Source of the DNA: Spheniscus humboldti
Taxonomy: Eukaryota
NCBI GenBank assembly: GCA_027474245.1
Contig: CM049899.1
Coordinates: 1,212,536-1,276,535 of the forward strand
Direction: 5' to 3'
DNA: 64,000 bases
Shown: one piece after another, positions 41,541 through 54,539 of the stretch
How positions within the stretch are numbered: the stretch's first letter is position 1
Layout: each line of letters begins with the position of its first letter
Made by a program: the position numbers and the translations under genes
The notes under the pieces: generated by a model
What the model was told of the DNA's origin: nothing
Database searches by the model: none
Seen by the model: the letters and a program-made list of their open reading frames with translations, nothing else

Positions 41541-41621
41541 ACACATCATTGGTTCCTCTGTCATTCTTCCTAAGTATTTTTTCTGCTGCTGCTCATTTCC
41601 TGCAATGATTACTGGCATTTG
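41541..41621 (-). CDS. ACADM: ACADM exon 6 ([27 protein letters not shown])
   Basis: Acceptor ctttcag, donor gtaagt. Length 81 nt, phase 0. The encoded peptide matches human [27 protein letters not shown]. Confidence 0.9.
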
Positions 41622-41707
41622 CTGAAAGAAAACATTTAGACCATTAATCCATTTTTTTAAAGGGCACAGACTCTAGTTTAAAGGAGGTAAGAAAAGACAG
41701 AACTTAC

Positions 41708-41808
41708 CCCTAGGGAGTTTGCCTCAATGGCAGTTTGAACCCCTGTACATCCGTAAGCTAACTCTTCCGTAATAAGGCATGCTTCAAAACTGCCGAGGCC
41801 AAGACCAC
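41708..41808 (-). CDS. ACADM: ACADM exon 5 ((G)[33 protein letters not shown])
   Basis: Acceptor atttag, donor gtaagt. The encoded peptide matches human [33 protein letters not shown]. Confidence 0.9.
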
Positions 41809-44167
41809 CTAAATTTGAAATATTTGACTATAATGAGTTTAAATTGAAACATATTAGTGATTTACAAAAATTAATTATCGAAAACATATTCCCCCATGTA
41901 CATTTGATTGTGCACTGTGTTTGATTGGACATCCCCATGCAAGGTTTTTAACTAAAGTTTTGTCAGATTAGTAACGGATGACTTAAAAACGACACCTTGC
42001 AGCTCCAGGGTGTAGTGTGCTTGAGGTGGGACAAGCTGCACAAAATGGCAAGAATGTACCACTAGAATCTTTTGACTACTTTACATCTGAGAATTTTCTT
42101 AGGAGTTCGTAGGAAGCAGAGAAAGGGCCACAAGGGCTCCTGAGCTACCACAGCACTTAGGAATGAAAAAAAACCATATCAGTCAGAAAACCAACCTAGT
42201 AACCTGTTTCTGACAGAAGCCAACACTTTGGGAAGTGCATAAAAATACAGTAACAATATACTATATATATACAGTAACTAAAATACAGCAATACTCCCTC
42301 AAAATATTTTCTCCAGCCTTCAGGTGACTTCCTCAGCCAAAAGGATCTTTGGTATCTTTGTTAGCTAGCCCTTGACAGACATTTCTTCTCTGAATTTACC
42401 CAGTCTCTTTTTGAACCTATGTTCAATTTTAGCATCAATATCATCCAGGGGCAATGAGTTTCACAAATTAACTACACACTGAGTGTAGAACCATCTCCTT
42501 TCATTTATTCTGAACCTGCTGTCTGCTGACTTCATTTGATGCCTTCTAGTTGTGCTGAAGGGGACAATGGGCTATCAATCCCTTTTCACATGGTCCGTGA
42601 CACTGGCGTTTTAGGCATTTCTCATACAGAAGCTGTTCTGTATCTTTTATCATCTTTGTCATCTTTTTAGGAACCTCCTCCTTCTGAGGTGGAAGGATCA
42701 GACTGCATAATGAATTAAAGAGCCAAGTGCCTCTTTGGATTTGAGAAGCAGCATAACTATGGCTTCTGCTTTTTTCTTCATTCCCTTCTTAATTTCTGAC
42801 CTTAAATTTATGGTTTTGACCACTTGTGGGCATTATGCTGACATCTTCACAAAAATACATATTATAACCCCCAAAATCTCTTTTTTTTCCAGAGGTAGTA
42901 ACTTGTTCAGATGACACCATTTTATCTGGGAAGTTTGGATTGCTTCTTTCCTTTCTTGTGTGCATCATTTTTCCTATTTTGAATGTCATCTGCCATTTTA
43001 ACAGTCACCCAGTTTCACGACCTTCTCCTACAGCTCTTCGCACCAGCTTCATCTTTTCTATACTGAATAACTTAGTATTATCAGTAAACTCTATGAACTC
43101 ACTATTGACCTCCTTTTCCAGATTATTTATACGTATACCAAATAGCGCAAGCGCCAGCAAGACTGCACTGCTGATTTTTCCACTATGAAACCTGATGATT
43201 TTTCAGATTCATTTTGGAAGTTCGAGCATTTTATACCAACCAGGCATCCCTTGTTCACACACTTATTAGCTACTTCAGAGAACTGCAGTTATTTTTTGTG
43301 CCATGACTTCCTTTTACAAAAACCCTTCTCTAGCATATCATGTTTATGTGTGTCCACTCTATCTCTACTTCATCTTCCTTGCTCTTAATTTACATGGTGT
43401 ATCAGGCTTACTGGTATGTATTTTCCCAGCTCTCCCTTGGAATGTAAAGGAATGGTGTCCAATTTGTCACTTGTAAGTTTTAATTTAATAACCAAGTGAT
43501 TACACATTGCAATAGTCCAGCTATTTCTGAGTTTCCCTAGAATTTGTGACTGACTAAATGTTATCCTCGCAATTGCTCCTTTTGCCTCTTTGTTCCTTAA
43601 CCTTGTTAATTACATTTTTGATACAAGATACACCCTCTGATGAGTCTTCAAAAAAAGTAGGGTCTGCTGTGGACACTTCCCCAACTTCTTTTTCAGGTAA
43701 TATAAATGCAAAAAAGAAAATCTAAAATTTAACATTTTTTCCATGGTTAGTCATATACCTAAGCACTGCCAAAGCACTGCTGTACTGCACATCATCTAAA
43801 CTGGAAGACTGTCCTTCTGGAATAAACTCTTAAATTGCTCCAGCCTGTGTCAGAGACTAGATCAAAATATGTCTATTCTAATTTCTCTGCCTCATCAGCT
43901 GACACAGTGTACCAGGGTAACATTAGGCAGTTGTAATCATGGTAGAAAATCTGGTCATAAATTACTAAATCATGATCTGTCCAATCTGTTGCCTGATTGC
44001 ATCCACCCCTAGTAACATGTGTATGTGTCCACCTGCCTACTGATTAAATTTAGAGTATTCAAGTATGCAACTGTTCATTTTATACAGAATCCATAATTAC
44101 ACATATAAATCTCCTCTAAGGCCTTTTCTTTGTTTTATTTTACAGACTAAAAAGAATGTTTACTTAC

Positions 44168-44237
44168 CACAGCTTTCTGGTATGTGTGAATTTATAAGAC
44201 CAAGTTCCCAAGCTCGTTTTATGAGCGGAAGAGGATA
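44168..44237 (-). CDS. ACADM: ACADM exon 4 ([23 protein letters not shown] + g)
   Basis: Acceptor tttcag, donor gtaagt. The encoded peptide matches human [24 protein letters not shown]. Confidence 0.9.
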
Positions 44238-44346
44238 CTGAAATAAACAGGGAAAATCACCTTCTGATTCATCACAGTTAACATTCTTAATTTTATGCAG
44301 GTTAAGATAAAAATCTGTTTTTTCCCCTACTGCACAGTAGATTTAC

Positions 44347-44444
44347 CTCTCCACTTTTGTCATAATGTGCAGCAACAGGAATAATTTCCTCCACAGCAAA
44401 CTTACGAGCAGTAGCTTGAAACTCTTTCTGTTCATCAGTAAGTT
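44347..44444 (-). CDS. ACADM: ACADM exon 3 ((E)[32 protein letters not shown])
   Basis: Acceptor taatag, donor gtaaat. The encoded peptide matches human [32 protein letters not shown]. Confidence 0.9.
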
Positions 44445-45263
44445 CTATTAAAAAAAGAAAGTAAAAAATAAAGTCACAGCTCTCTTTAATCTTGCCAGTT
44501 GTCAGACTATGAGAAAAGAAAAAACAAGTCTCAGTTCCTTCCAGGACAATTCAAACTGCCAGCACCTACCTTCCTGAGCCTCTCCAGAAACCAAAGAAGC
44601 TCAACTCTCTCTTTCTCTCTAGAGAAAACCTGCACTGATCTCTAATGAACACCCACAATGCACAAAATTGTCCATAAAATATTGAAAATGGAGTAGGAAG
44701 TACATGTAACATAAAATGCATTACCAAAAGAAACGAGAAGCATGCTGTGCTAATTAAATGAAGGAGGAGATGGAGGCAGATAAATGTTCCTTATTTGACA
44801 ATTCTGGCTACTCAGTTTCAAACATCTAGCTGCTGACCCACTAAATTTGCTTATATGCTTTACATATATAATATGCCAAGATGAGGATTAATTTCTTTAT
44901 AACATTCCTTCATAACGAAGTTCAACTAAGACTACATACAGTTATTTTAACGTTTTAAAACCCAGTGTGAGGTAATTATTCAAAGCTAGGGCAACTTTGG
45001 CAATAAAAAAGCTCAAGACAGACATTATTTAAAAAAAAGAAGGAAATCTCATAAATATCACACACATACCTGGCTTTCCTGAGCTGGAGAAGAAAGTAAT
45101 TTTGGTTTTCAAATGCTTTTAAAAAAAAGAATAGAAATCTGTTCCGAATAAATACCTTCATTGTAAATTCATACTGAAATGCAATACAGTTGTTCTGGTT
45201 TTTTTCCTAACTCTGCAATTTGTCCTTAACTGTTTTATTTCTTTCAAAAACTGCAATACTTAC

Positions 45264-45360
45264 CAAAGCTAAAGCCAGCTCCAGGTTTGCTTATATGTGT
45301 GTTTTGAGCAGGTTTACTAGAATGTGATCTCCATCCACGCCACGCAATGGTTCGGAGCAT
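45264..45360 (-). CDS. ACADM: ACADM exon 2 (MLRTIAWRGWRSHSSKPAQNTHISKPGAGFSF + g)
   Basis: Acceptor ttttgcag, donor gtaagt. The encoded peptide matches human [29 protein letters not shown]. Confidence 0.85.
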
Positions 45361-46127
45361 CTGCAAAAGAAAAAAAAGAACATGAGGTGTAAGATCTTTG
45401 CAGCTCAAGTCTCATAAAGCTACTAGCCTGACTGCAGCACAAGTGCACAACGAAGCAGGAAGAACACAGGCAAGAATAGGTATCAACACAGTAAAAAAAA
45501 TATTTTCAGGGAACACTGAAAACATCTATGAAGTTAAAAGGTGAAGAAATGCAGGAAGACCACTGCTAGGCATAGAAGTGCTGAACACTGAAATGTTAAG
45601 CGAGTGTATTAATAGTTCAGGATTGTATTTTCCAGTAGGCAATATATTGCTTATTTGGAGTTTTCACAAGTCACAGCCATTGCAAAATGGTGTATTGAGT
45701 TCTTATGTAAGTTTTACCTTCTTGCCTAACTGCTACCACCATTATATAAACAAAACAATTAAACAATACCAACAAACATCTAGAAAGACCTCGATCCTCC
45801 CAAACGTTTTGTACTTTATTTTATGTGGAAACAGACAAGAAGAAGATGAGGTTGAGAAAAAGCCAGGTAATTGTAATCACCTTTTTTTTTTTTAAGGATG
45901 ATCAGTCGTATACAGCTTTGCCACCAAAAAGTTTTGTCTAAACTAGAAAAAGTCCTGAGTTCAAAGTAATGCTAAAGATGATACCCTAGATGAAAGAAGC
46001 TGTCAAATTTATGCTAGAGAACTTAAGCCGATCATGGCTTTCATATACCAGAGTGGTATGCAAGGTCAACACCGAAGGTTACTCTGAAAAAATCCTACAC
46101 TGCCCGCAACAAATGGACATATGAACT

Positions 46128-46172
46128 GGGGTGTGGGTGTGTGGGGGTGTGTGTGTGTGTGTTCATACCTGG
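46128..46172. repeat. (GT)n / GGGTGT microsatellite
   Basis: gggtgtgggtgtgtgggggtgtgtgtgtgtgtgttca. Confidence 0.85.
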
Positions 46173-46799
46173 AGGTGGCACAAAGGAGTGACAAAGGACC
46201 GCAGCTCACAACATGTAAGGATTTGGGCAACCACCTGCCTGCTCTGTCAACCTCCCTATTGCCCGAATTGGTGGCTCCAGTGACAAGTCACTGGTAGCCA
46301 TGCTCAAACCCAACTCCTCACGCACCTCCCTTGGAGGTTTACACCAGCTCTGCCACCTTTGGAAATACCGCCACAACAGTGGCGCAATTGTTGGTGGGGC
46401 TGAACTCCAACCACCTGTGCCCAAAGCGTCACTTCTGATCTGCGAGGGACTGGCTGCCGTCGGGTGGAGCCACCTTCTCTGACCGCCACTGTCACAGCGA
46501 CGCTTTGGGAAGGTGGCCGCATCCCGATGGGGGACATTGCTGCTGCCGAGGGACATGGCTGTCAGGCCACCCTGACCCAGCACCCTTCACCTTTCCCCTA
46601 ATTCAGGAGCGACTCTGGAAACAGGGAGAGCAGGAAAAGGGCCGGTGTAAACACGGTACTGCCTGAGCTGTGAACCCTTCGTACTGTCTAGTGGGAAGTT
46701 GGGAGATTATCAGTGGTTCGATAACTTCTTATAGAAAGAATATTCTTAATTCCTAACAGCAGGGTTAGTACTTCAGAAAACAACTTTTATAGACCACGC

Positions 46800-47520
46800 A
46801 TTTAAAAATGCCACCGGCAGCACAGCCAGGTACGCATCAGGAAAGGCAACAACGGGGCCGTGAGGGGAAGCAGGGCGCCGGGGGGGGCTGCCTTCAGGCC
46901 TGGCGGCCGGCCCCATGCCGGGCCCCGAGCCGCCGGGGTCGGGGCTGGCAGCGCCCGCCCGGGCCCTGACGCCGGCGGCTGCGGCGCGGCTCCCCCGCCC
47001 TCAAGCCAGCAGTTACGGCGGGCGGCAGCCCTTCGCTTTCGCCCTCCCGCGCTCCCCGTTCCGCCCCGTCCCCACCCCGGCCGCCAGGGCCCGTCCCAGC
47101 CGCTCACCCGGCTTGCTCTGAGGGCGGACATCTTGGTGAGGGCGCCCGGCGTCGGCAGAGGCTCCCGGCAGTGCTCGGCCGGGCGGGTCAGGTCGGGGCG
47201 GGCAGCCGCGGGGGTGGGCCTGCGGGGCCCGGGCCTGCCCGCCCCGGCCGGTCTCTGCGCTGCAAAGGCCAAGCCCGGTGGCGGCTGTCGGCCCTCCGCA
47301 GCCGAAGGGGCGTTTATGCCCTTCATTTACTGCGGGCTCCGCAGCTTTTCGCCTGGCAGCTCTCCGGCCGCCCGCGTCTTCTCCCTGTCAGCGGGAAAGT
47401 CCCTCCACTCGGTCTCCTGTATTCCCCCCGCTAGGGGATCATAAACCCGGTTTTGGGGGTGTACCGGGAACGGGGACCGGGGCGCGGGCCCGGCTTTGTC
47501 CCATTTTTGCCCATCAGGGT
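46800..47520. promoter_or_regulatory. ACADM: CpG island spanning ACADM exon 1 and its promoter
   Basis: Very GC- and CpG-rich sequence (gccgccgggg, cgcgctcc...). It contains the ATG of exon 1 on the minus strand at 47131. Confidence 0.8.
47108..47131 (-). CDS. ACADM: ACADM exon 1 coding part: ATG TCC GCC CTC AGA GCA AGC CGG (MSALRASR), donor gtgagc
   Basis: The ATG sits in a CpG island with A at -3. A GTGAGC donor follows immediately. This gives an 8-aa start of a mitochondrial presequence, as in human exon 1. Confidence 0.7.
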
Positions 47521-50500
47521 TTTTCCCTTCTCTGCATGAAATAATGTTAATTTCCCTGCACGGTGTGTGCCCAGACCTGGTCTCGTTCTGGTAATGTCTG
47601 GGCTCGTTACCACAAAAGAACAAAATCGACTGGCTTAGCTAGGCTTTTAAAATTCATTTTTAGTACAAACTTGAGCTTTAATGCCATTCTGAATTTGAGG
47701 TACCATCTGATGTGTACAGGGTGGACAGTGTTGTAAAATGCTCTTGCGAATACTCTTGGTTCTGGCTGTATGCTAAAGCAAAAGCATCAATCTTGCAAAT
47801 TATCTGCAGTGCTGTGAAATATACTTTTTTGAATATTATTCCATCAGTGGATTAAAGAAGTGTTACTTCAGCCTTTATTAAAATAACACTTTCAAGAGAA
47901 ATAGCTACTTTGATTTCTCTATGAACAACCTTTTTTTGGTATGAAATTTTTAACAGAATTACTGAAATATAAAGCTGTTTTCTGAAAGCTGGATTTTGGG
48001 TAGTGTTTTATTTTGCATAACACTTCAAAGTAAGGTGTGCCAAATATTTTTAGCACTATTATTGCCTTGGTGTGTTTGATTCTTGATTGCTTGGTTTGTT
48101 GCTGACAGCTATGACTATTAATTTTGTACTTAATGCAGCAGAAACATTTTGTAGGTAGCTAGCCGTGTAAGAGTTATTTTTTGGCACACATATCAGCAGA
48201 TTAAAAAGAAGCTGATTGTAGTCTCGCATAGGTTTTGTACTGGCATGACTCCAAGTGTTTACTGACTGTAGTGACTGCTGATTTTTCACTCCAATATCAG
48301 TGGATTTTTTCTCCCTATACTTTAAGCGTAGTTGAGTAAAAGGTAATTTGTAACTTTATGTTATTCAAATATTTCATGAAGATTTTTGCATGTTCTTCCA
48401 GTTTTAAATTGAGTCTGAAGTACGTGGGATTGTGTGGCTTTGGGGCTTTTAAATATTAGCTCTCAAGCCTGCGTTCTGTGTGCCACTTTATATAGGATTC
48501 TGCTCCATAGGTCATGTGTCTGACTACGGTGTGAAATTCCTGAGCAGCCCAATTTCTACTCATGTATTAGTTATCTCTTATTTGTATGGTTTCTGCATAC
48601 CTCGTATCTCAGTATTCCTCACTTGATTTATCATCATAACAGCCCTGTGATATAGAGAAATATATTAATCCCATTTTACCAATAAAGGTTTTAACAGTTT
48701 TGGGTTTTTTTGATGAGCAGCTTGGCTTTTACTGTGAGTACACTAATTAGGATCACACCCACAACACAATCCTAGAGGCAGGTACGTGGGTTCAGTATCC
48801 ATATGGAAAGGTAATGGCACAGGTAGTATACACTCTCCTGGGTAACAAACAACTGCAGCCGACTGAGTCAGGTGCCTGAATGAACCCCTGTAAGGATGCC
48901 ATACACTAAGGATTTTTACTAGTTGCTGGAAGGGATTTAGATACAACAGGGATCAGAATTGAGACATTATTTCTAGGTGCCTTCAAGCTTAGGATCCATA
49001 ACCCTTCAGTAAGTAACAAGCTCCTGTAATTTACGACCAAGGAATGACCTGGTATGGAGGGCGAGAAGGTCCAGCTGCAGAAGGCATTAAACTGGCTGGA
49101 AGCAGGAATGCCAGGGTGAAGTTTCCCTTGGTGATGAGATAAGCAGCAGCCTTGTCTTGCAGCCATCTGGAACGCGAGCAAGCTCAGGGGCCCCCTCTGG
49201 GCAGCAGAGCTGGGCTGGGGATGGACCCCAGGCTGGGCTGAGGTGCCCCATGCTGATGCTCACAGGGTGGGCGCTGGTCCCAGTCCGTATAAGGAAACAG
49301 CTACTGCCCCATCTGTGCAGACTCCTTGTAGAACCGCTTATGGCGGTAGGACTCCGCCCCATGCATTGCTCATTATTTTTTTTTTTTAATATATATATAT
49401 TTAAGCACAAACGTGTTTAATTCACCTCAAGAAGTGAAATAAAAAATCCCCAACACTGCTAAGTATTCAGGAGAAGAGTGACATGAACAATAGCAAGGTT
49501 GTCTGTCAAAGCCTAAACCACTTGAACCTTGAATTTCAAAGTTGTTTACCTAAGAAATGACAATTGAAGTTTGTTAGGTGCATCTAGCATTTTTAGCCCT
49601 TCTTACAGAAGAAGGAAACATGGCATCTCTCTTTCCATTTTATGTTCTCAAACTCTTTTGTAATAACTCCAATACTCCTTACTTATTATTCCTCTGTTTA
49701 CTTTTACTGCAGTGTAAATTATAAACTGTGCAGTCCCTTGCATTGTTAGACTAGAATCCTCTCTTTTATACTAACCACCAGAATTCCTGATGCTTGTTGC
49801 TGAAATGTATAAATTAGCAAGTAAACACAATAAGAATATTACATCAGAAAACATATTTCATTCCTTAAAGTTAGCAATTCTAATCTAGGCTGAAGTGTTA
49901 TTTTTTAGTAGTAGTTATAAATGTTTTACTATTTGGTTTTTTTTTCATTATTAGGAACAAACTGTATTCTAGCATTTGCTAATGAACCATTATTTTAGAA
50001 ATGGAAAGCAACTTCAGTGTTATGCAGGGATTGATGTAGTGAAAGTTACTGAAGCTACTGCTGTGAAAGAACATTTTGAAATTCAATTAAAATATTTTCA
50101 GGTATATTTTTAGTTTGTTTGATTCCTGGGTATCACAAACATTACTTCATTTCAAATTTTCAATCTTTTTTTTAATTATAAAGCCATATCTGCTCAAAGT
50201 CTTGGAGGCTTTTAATTTGACTACTGTATGTAAACACATCAAATATATATTTTTTTAATGTCATAAAAAGGTACTGAGTTACATTTCTATAACTATCTAA
50301 CATGAACTATGAAGAAAAAGAAGGGACAGATATACAGAGCTTGAGAACAAATAAAAACGATTCAGTTGCATCTGGTAATAATTTTGGCTTGTATGTCTTT
50401 CTGAAGACAAAGAAGGTCAGCGCAAAGCTCAGAAGATAGTTTCTGCATCATGCCTTAGAATAAAGGTCACCTGTCCTAACTTACTTCAAAGTATGATGAA

Positions 50501-50689
50501 ATTTTGTTTAGGGTTTTTCAGGACTAGCTACTTCGAGGAACAAGTACTTAGACAACCGTGGCTTTAACTTGTGTGAAATACAAACGAGTTAATTGTTAAA
50601 TAAAGTGTGGTAAGAGCACTATGTGTAAAGGAAACATCCAGGACATTTTAGCACTAAATCACTTCTAGTCATCATATTGAAGTATGCCG

Positions 50690-52110
50690 ATCAGGATGCA
50701 AACCGGAGCGTTGGGGATGTAGGAGGGGGTTGGTGGGATTTTGCAAACTGGTGAAGGAGTGGAGGGGGAAGGGAGCTGGGGAAAGAGGGGGGGAGCAAAG
50801 GAGGGAGAGACAGAAAGGGCTGCAAAAGGGACCAGCTCTGCGTGAAACGGGGCAGTCAGTCCCCTCCTTGGACGAGCCCTGCCCCTGATCACCACAGTCT
50901 GTCCTTTCTTATATCTTCTTATTACATCTTTTTTCACCTGTCTCTTAAAATGTTGTCGTGACTATCTCTCTGTGTAATCTCACTCTCTATCCCATGTGCA
51001 TGTGTTCTGCAAGGACTAAGTGCCAGCTGCTGGTGAGATCTGTGTCAGAGAGTGAAAACTGGTGCCAGGTACTGGGGTCAGACCAGGGGTGTGGGTGCCC
51101 CTGGGCTGTGGTGTCAGCTACTGGAGTGAGTGGGGTCCCAGTGCAGCTACTGGAGCAAGTCGGAGTCTTTAATCTGCAGCCACTATGGCAGGAACAATCT
51201 GTGTTCCCAAAACCAGCTACTGGGGGGGACTGGCATGAGTGAGGTGAGTGAGGGGCTGCGCGCTGGTGGCTGGAGTGGGACCGTGGGTCACAGCCCATGT
51301 GCCTGGTGCTGGCTGCTGAGGGGGTGAGGGTCTGTATCCCCCCAACCCAGGTGTGCGTGGGGTGTGCGTGGGTATTCACCAGCAAACCAGGCTGGACCAG
51401 CCGGGAGCAGGGGGCCCTCAGGTCCAGGCTGGGGTATCAGCTGGGCAGGGGTCTGTGCTGGTACCTGGGGGACCCGCCAGTGTGGGGTGCCCGTGGGATG
51501 GGTGTGCGAGTGCTGCGCGTTTGCAGTGAGCACCGAGCTGGACCAGCCAGCAAGTCGGGGACCCGTGGGGTAGGTCAGAGAGCCGGGGTCTGGGCAGGGG
51601 TCCTGGGCAGCAGGGAGGCCATGATGGTGCTCAGGGGACCCATGAGTGTGTTTGTGCTTATGAACCCCAAGCGTGTGTGTGTGCTTGCACGAGTGACCGT
51701 CTGTCTGTGCCAGCCCTGGAGGAGGAGGGGACATGGCTGTGGGTGCTGGTGTGTGATGGGGATCCTCTGCGTGGGTGCTGCTGGTGGCAGTGTCTTGGCT
51801 GTGGCAGGCTGTGTGACCATCTGTCTATGTGTCCTGTGCGTGTGTGTGTGTGTCTCTGGGACATGTGCTCAGCTTTGCTGCTGGTTGAACCTGCAAAGGG
51901 GAAAGCAGCAGCTCTGTCCCTCATCTGGGGGAGAGACCCCGGGTCCCCAGGGAGTTCCTGGGCCAGATTTGCTGGAGGCAGTGGCAGCTCCTGACATCCC
52001 ACTCTGCTGCCCCGCTTGCACAATTCCTTCAACTCTGCCTGCGTGCCTGGACCCAGCTCCCGCAGGGGAGGATCATCTCCACCACACCACCAGCCTTGCT
52101 TAGTCACCTG
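50690..52110. repeat. GC-rich low-complexity, minisatellite-like block (degenerate GGGTGTG / CAGCTACTGG / GTGTGCGTGGG motifs)
   Basis: Long ORFs overlap in several frames on both strands (for example 51297-52103 +, 51658-52149 -). The encoded peptides are Cys/Gly/Pro-rich and low-complexity. Confidence 0.55.
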
Positions 52111-52168
52111 CTTTCCTGAGCAGAGTTTCTTGGCCCCTTTGCTCCCCACTGCAATGTTGGATGAAATA

Positions 52169-52756
52169 CCGTCCTGGTTTCGGCAGGGATAGAGTTAATT
52201 TCCTTCCTAGTAGCTGGTACAGTGCTGTGTTTTGGATTTAGGAGGAGAACAATGTTGATAACACACCCATGTTTTAGTTGTTGCTAGGTAATGCTTACAC
52301 TAGTCAAGGACTTTTTAGTTTCCCATGCTCTACCGACTGAGAAGGCTGCAGGTGCACAAGAAGCTGGGAGGGGGCACAGCCAGGACAGCTGACCCAAACT
52401 GGCCAAAGGGATATTCCATACCATATGACGTCATGCTCAGCATATAAAGCTGGAGGAAGAAGAAGGAAGGGAGGGACGCTTGGAGTGATGGCGTTTGTCT
52501 TCCCAAGTATGTTACGCGTGATGGAGCCCTGCTTTCCTGGAGATGGCTGAGCACCTGCCTGACGATGGGAAGTAGTGAATGAATTCCTGGTTTTGCTTTG
52601 CTTGCGTGCACAGCTTTTGCTTTCCCTATTAAACTGTCTTTATCTCAACCCACGAGTTTTCTCACTTTTACCCTTCCAGTTCTCTCCCCCGTCCCACTGG
52701 GGGGGAGTGAGCGAGCGGCTGTGTGGTGCTTAGTTGCTGGCTGAGGTTAAACCACA
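52169..52756 (+). mobile_element. Second solo LTR of the same avian ERV family as 4352-4885 (~588 bp, roughly 90% similar with indels)
   Basis: Starts gtcctggtttcggcagggatagagttaatttccttcctagtagctggtacagtgctgtgttttggatttagg. Ends gagcgagcggctgtgtggtgcttagttgctggctgaggttaaaccaca. It has a flanking AAATAC/AAATAC 6-bp duplication. Confidence 0.8.
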
Positions 52757-54539
52757 ACAAATACATACGTGCTTTTCTCTGGGTATCAGCAGGGAGTGAA
52801 ACAGCGTGGACAGACCCACAGCGAGCAGCCCTCTGCATCAGCTCCTTCCCACTGAAAGGGCTAAGGTGGCATAGAGGTGTCAGTAGTGACTCCCTGGGGT
52901 CTAGCAGGAACAGCTACGGGCCATGACATCGTGACTTCAGAACAGCCCCAACTCAGAGACTGGCAGTCATTTTTCCTCTCCAAATTTACCTTCCTTTGCC
53001 GTTCCTGCACATCGCACCCAGACTTTACTTCTGTGTTCTCCATCCCCTCCGCACTGGACTGAGGGCTCACAGCACAAGCACTTCAACCATCCCCAAACCC
53101 ATAACCTAGCCACCCACCAGCCTGCACTGTACATCCCAGCCACAGCCCCTTGCAGCCCCCTGTCCCTGCACAGTGGGAGAATGTTCTGTTCATGCAGCTG
53201 CAAGCAGCTCCTCAGGTCCTCCTCTGGATCCTCCTGCAGGTGAACATGGCTCTCCCACCAGGAGCTCGACCAGGACGGTGACCTGGGACATCCCTCTCTC
53301 CCTCTGCAGTGAAACCATCAGGCCAAGGCACGTGCACAGACTGGTCCGAGTCCCACAGCCACATGCACGTCCCAACCTCCAGCAGACCTGCCGTCCCGTG
53401 GCTGATCACCCAGGGAGGCACCACTGGAGAAGTTTGGCTTTTGCTGTTACCGAGCGCAAGTGCGAGGAGGAAGGAGAGGACAGGCATGTCCGTCCAAGCA
53501 TGGTTATTGACTTGCCAGCTTTGAGAATGGGCTTGAAGATGCTTATCTGCAGAAACAGTGCATGGAAGACTGCTCCAAAATACTCCCTCTCAGTTGTTTT
53601 TGAGGCAGAAAGAGGAGAGTCATTGGTGAGGATGGTGCTGGCGCCCACATGCACAGAGCAGAAGAGATGAGCAGTCCACCCCCTCAACCACCATCGCACT
53701 CCAGGAGATCACGGTCAGTGTGGTCCAGCTTTGGTTCCCTCAGCCCCTCTGCCACGCAGGTGCTCAGCTGGGACAAATCCAGACCATCAGCCAGCACAAC
53801 TCCCCTTGGCCGCACTGCCCGGAGCCCAGCCCCCTGCCGGGGGGCTGAACCATCAAGCTTTTGGTTATCAGCCGAGTGTGCTTGCCTGCTGTGCTGCAGA
53901 ACCCTTGGGTGGAGGTGTTCTGGGGCACAATGCGGGCATGGAGACAGTCCCGGTGCTGTGGGAAGGGGAGGGTCCCTCAGCCAACCCACACCCCCAGCCC
54001 CCAGGAGAGGGGAAGCCATCTTTCACCCCACCCGAGGGATGCTGGCAGGCAGAGGAGTGCAGGGGGAGGCCCTGTGCCTGGGTGAGGGTTTGCGGGCACT
54101 CCAAGCCCAGGAGCCACTCTTTTTCATCCCGTGTCCCCGCCACCACCCTCCCTGCCATTGGAACCCAGGGCACCTCACCCAAGGGAGGACACTTGCCTGG
54201 CCTCTTCCCTGCTCCTGCTGCTGTAGTCGAGGACAGATGTGACACACACAGGAGTGTTGCACTGGGTGGCAGAGGCAGCACAGGAGGAGGAATTTGCTCC
54301 TCTCTGTTGACCCACCTGTGGTCACAGAGTAACTGGAGGGGCAGCACTCTGCAGTGCAGCCCTGTGCCAGGACCAGTCCCCAGCTGAGACACAATCCCGA
54401 CTTCCCCCATCCCAGCCTGCAGCCTCACAGGAGGCTTCAAATGCTGCTTTCCGAATGGCCTGCCGCCAGCATATACTGTTGCATGGGGTTATACCTCCCC
54501 AGGTGCTGGACTTCGCAAACGTGAGAAAAACCTTTTTTT

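Noticed and set aside
45061-45108. Possible 14-nt micro-exon (cag|ctcaggaaagccag|gtatgt) on the minus strand between ACADM exons 2 and 3
   Set aside because: Including it would break the reading frame. Exons 2 and 3 join in phase without it and match the human exon structure.
46860-47444. 194-codon + strand ORF and other long ORFs across the ACADM CpG island
   Set aside because: They are GC-rich, stop-poor sequence in several overlapping frames. Only the minus-strand ATG...GTGAGC exon 1 makes biological sense.
51297-52103. 268-codon + strand ORF (Cys/Gly/Val-rich)
   Set aside because: Its composition is low-complexity and comparable ORFs overlap it on the opposite strand. It lies in a degenerate GC-rich repeat.
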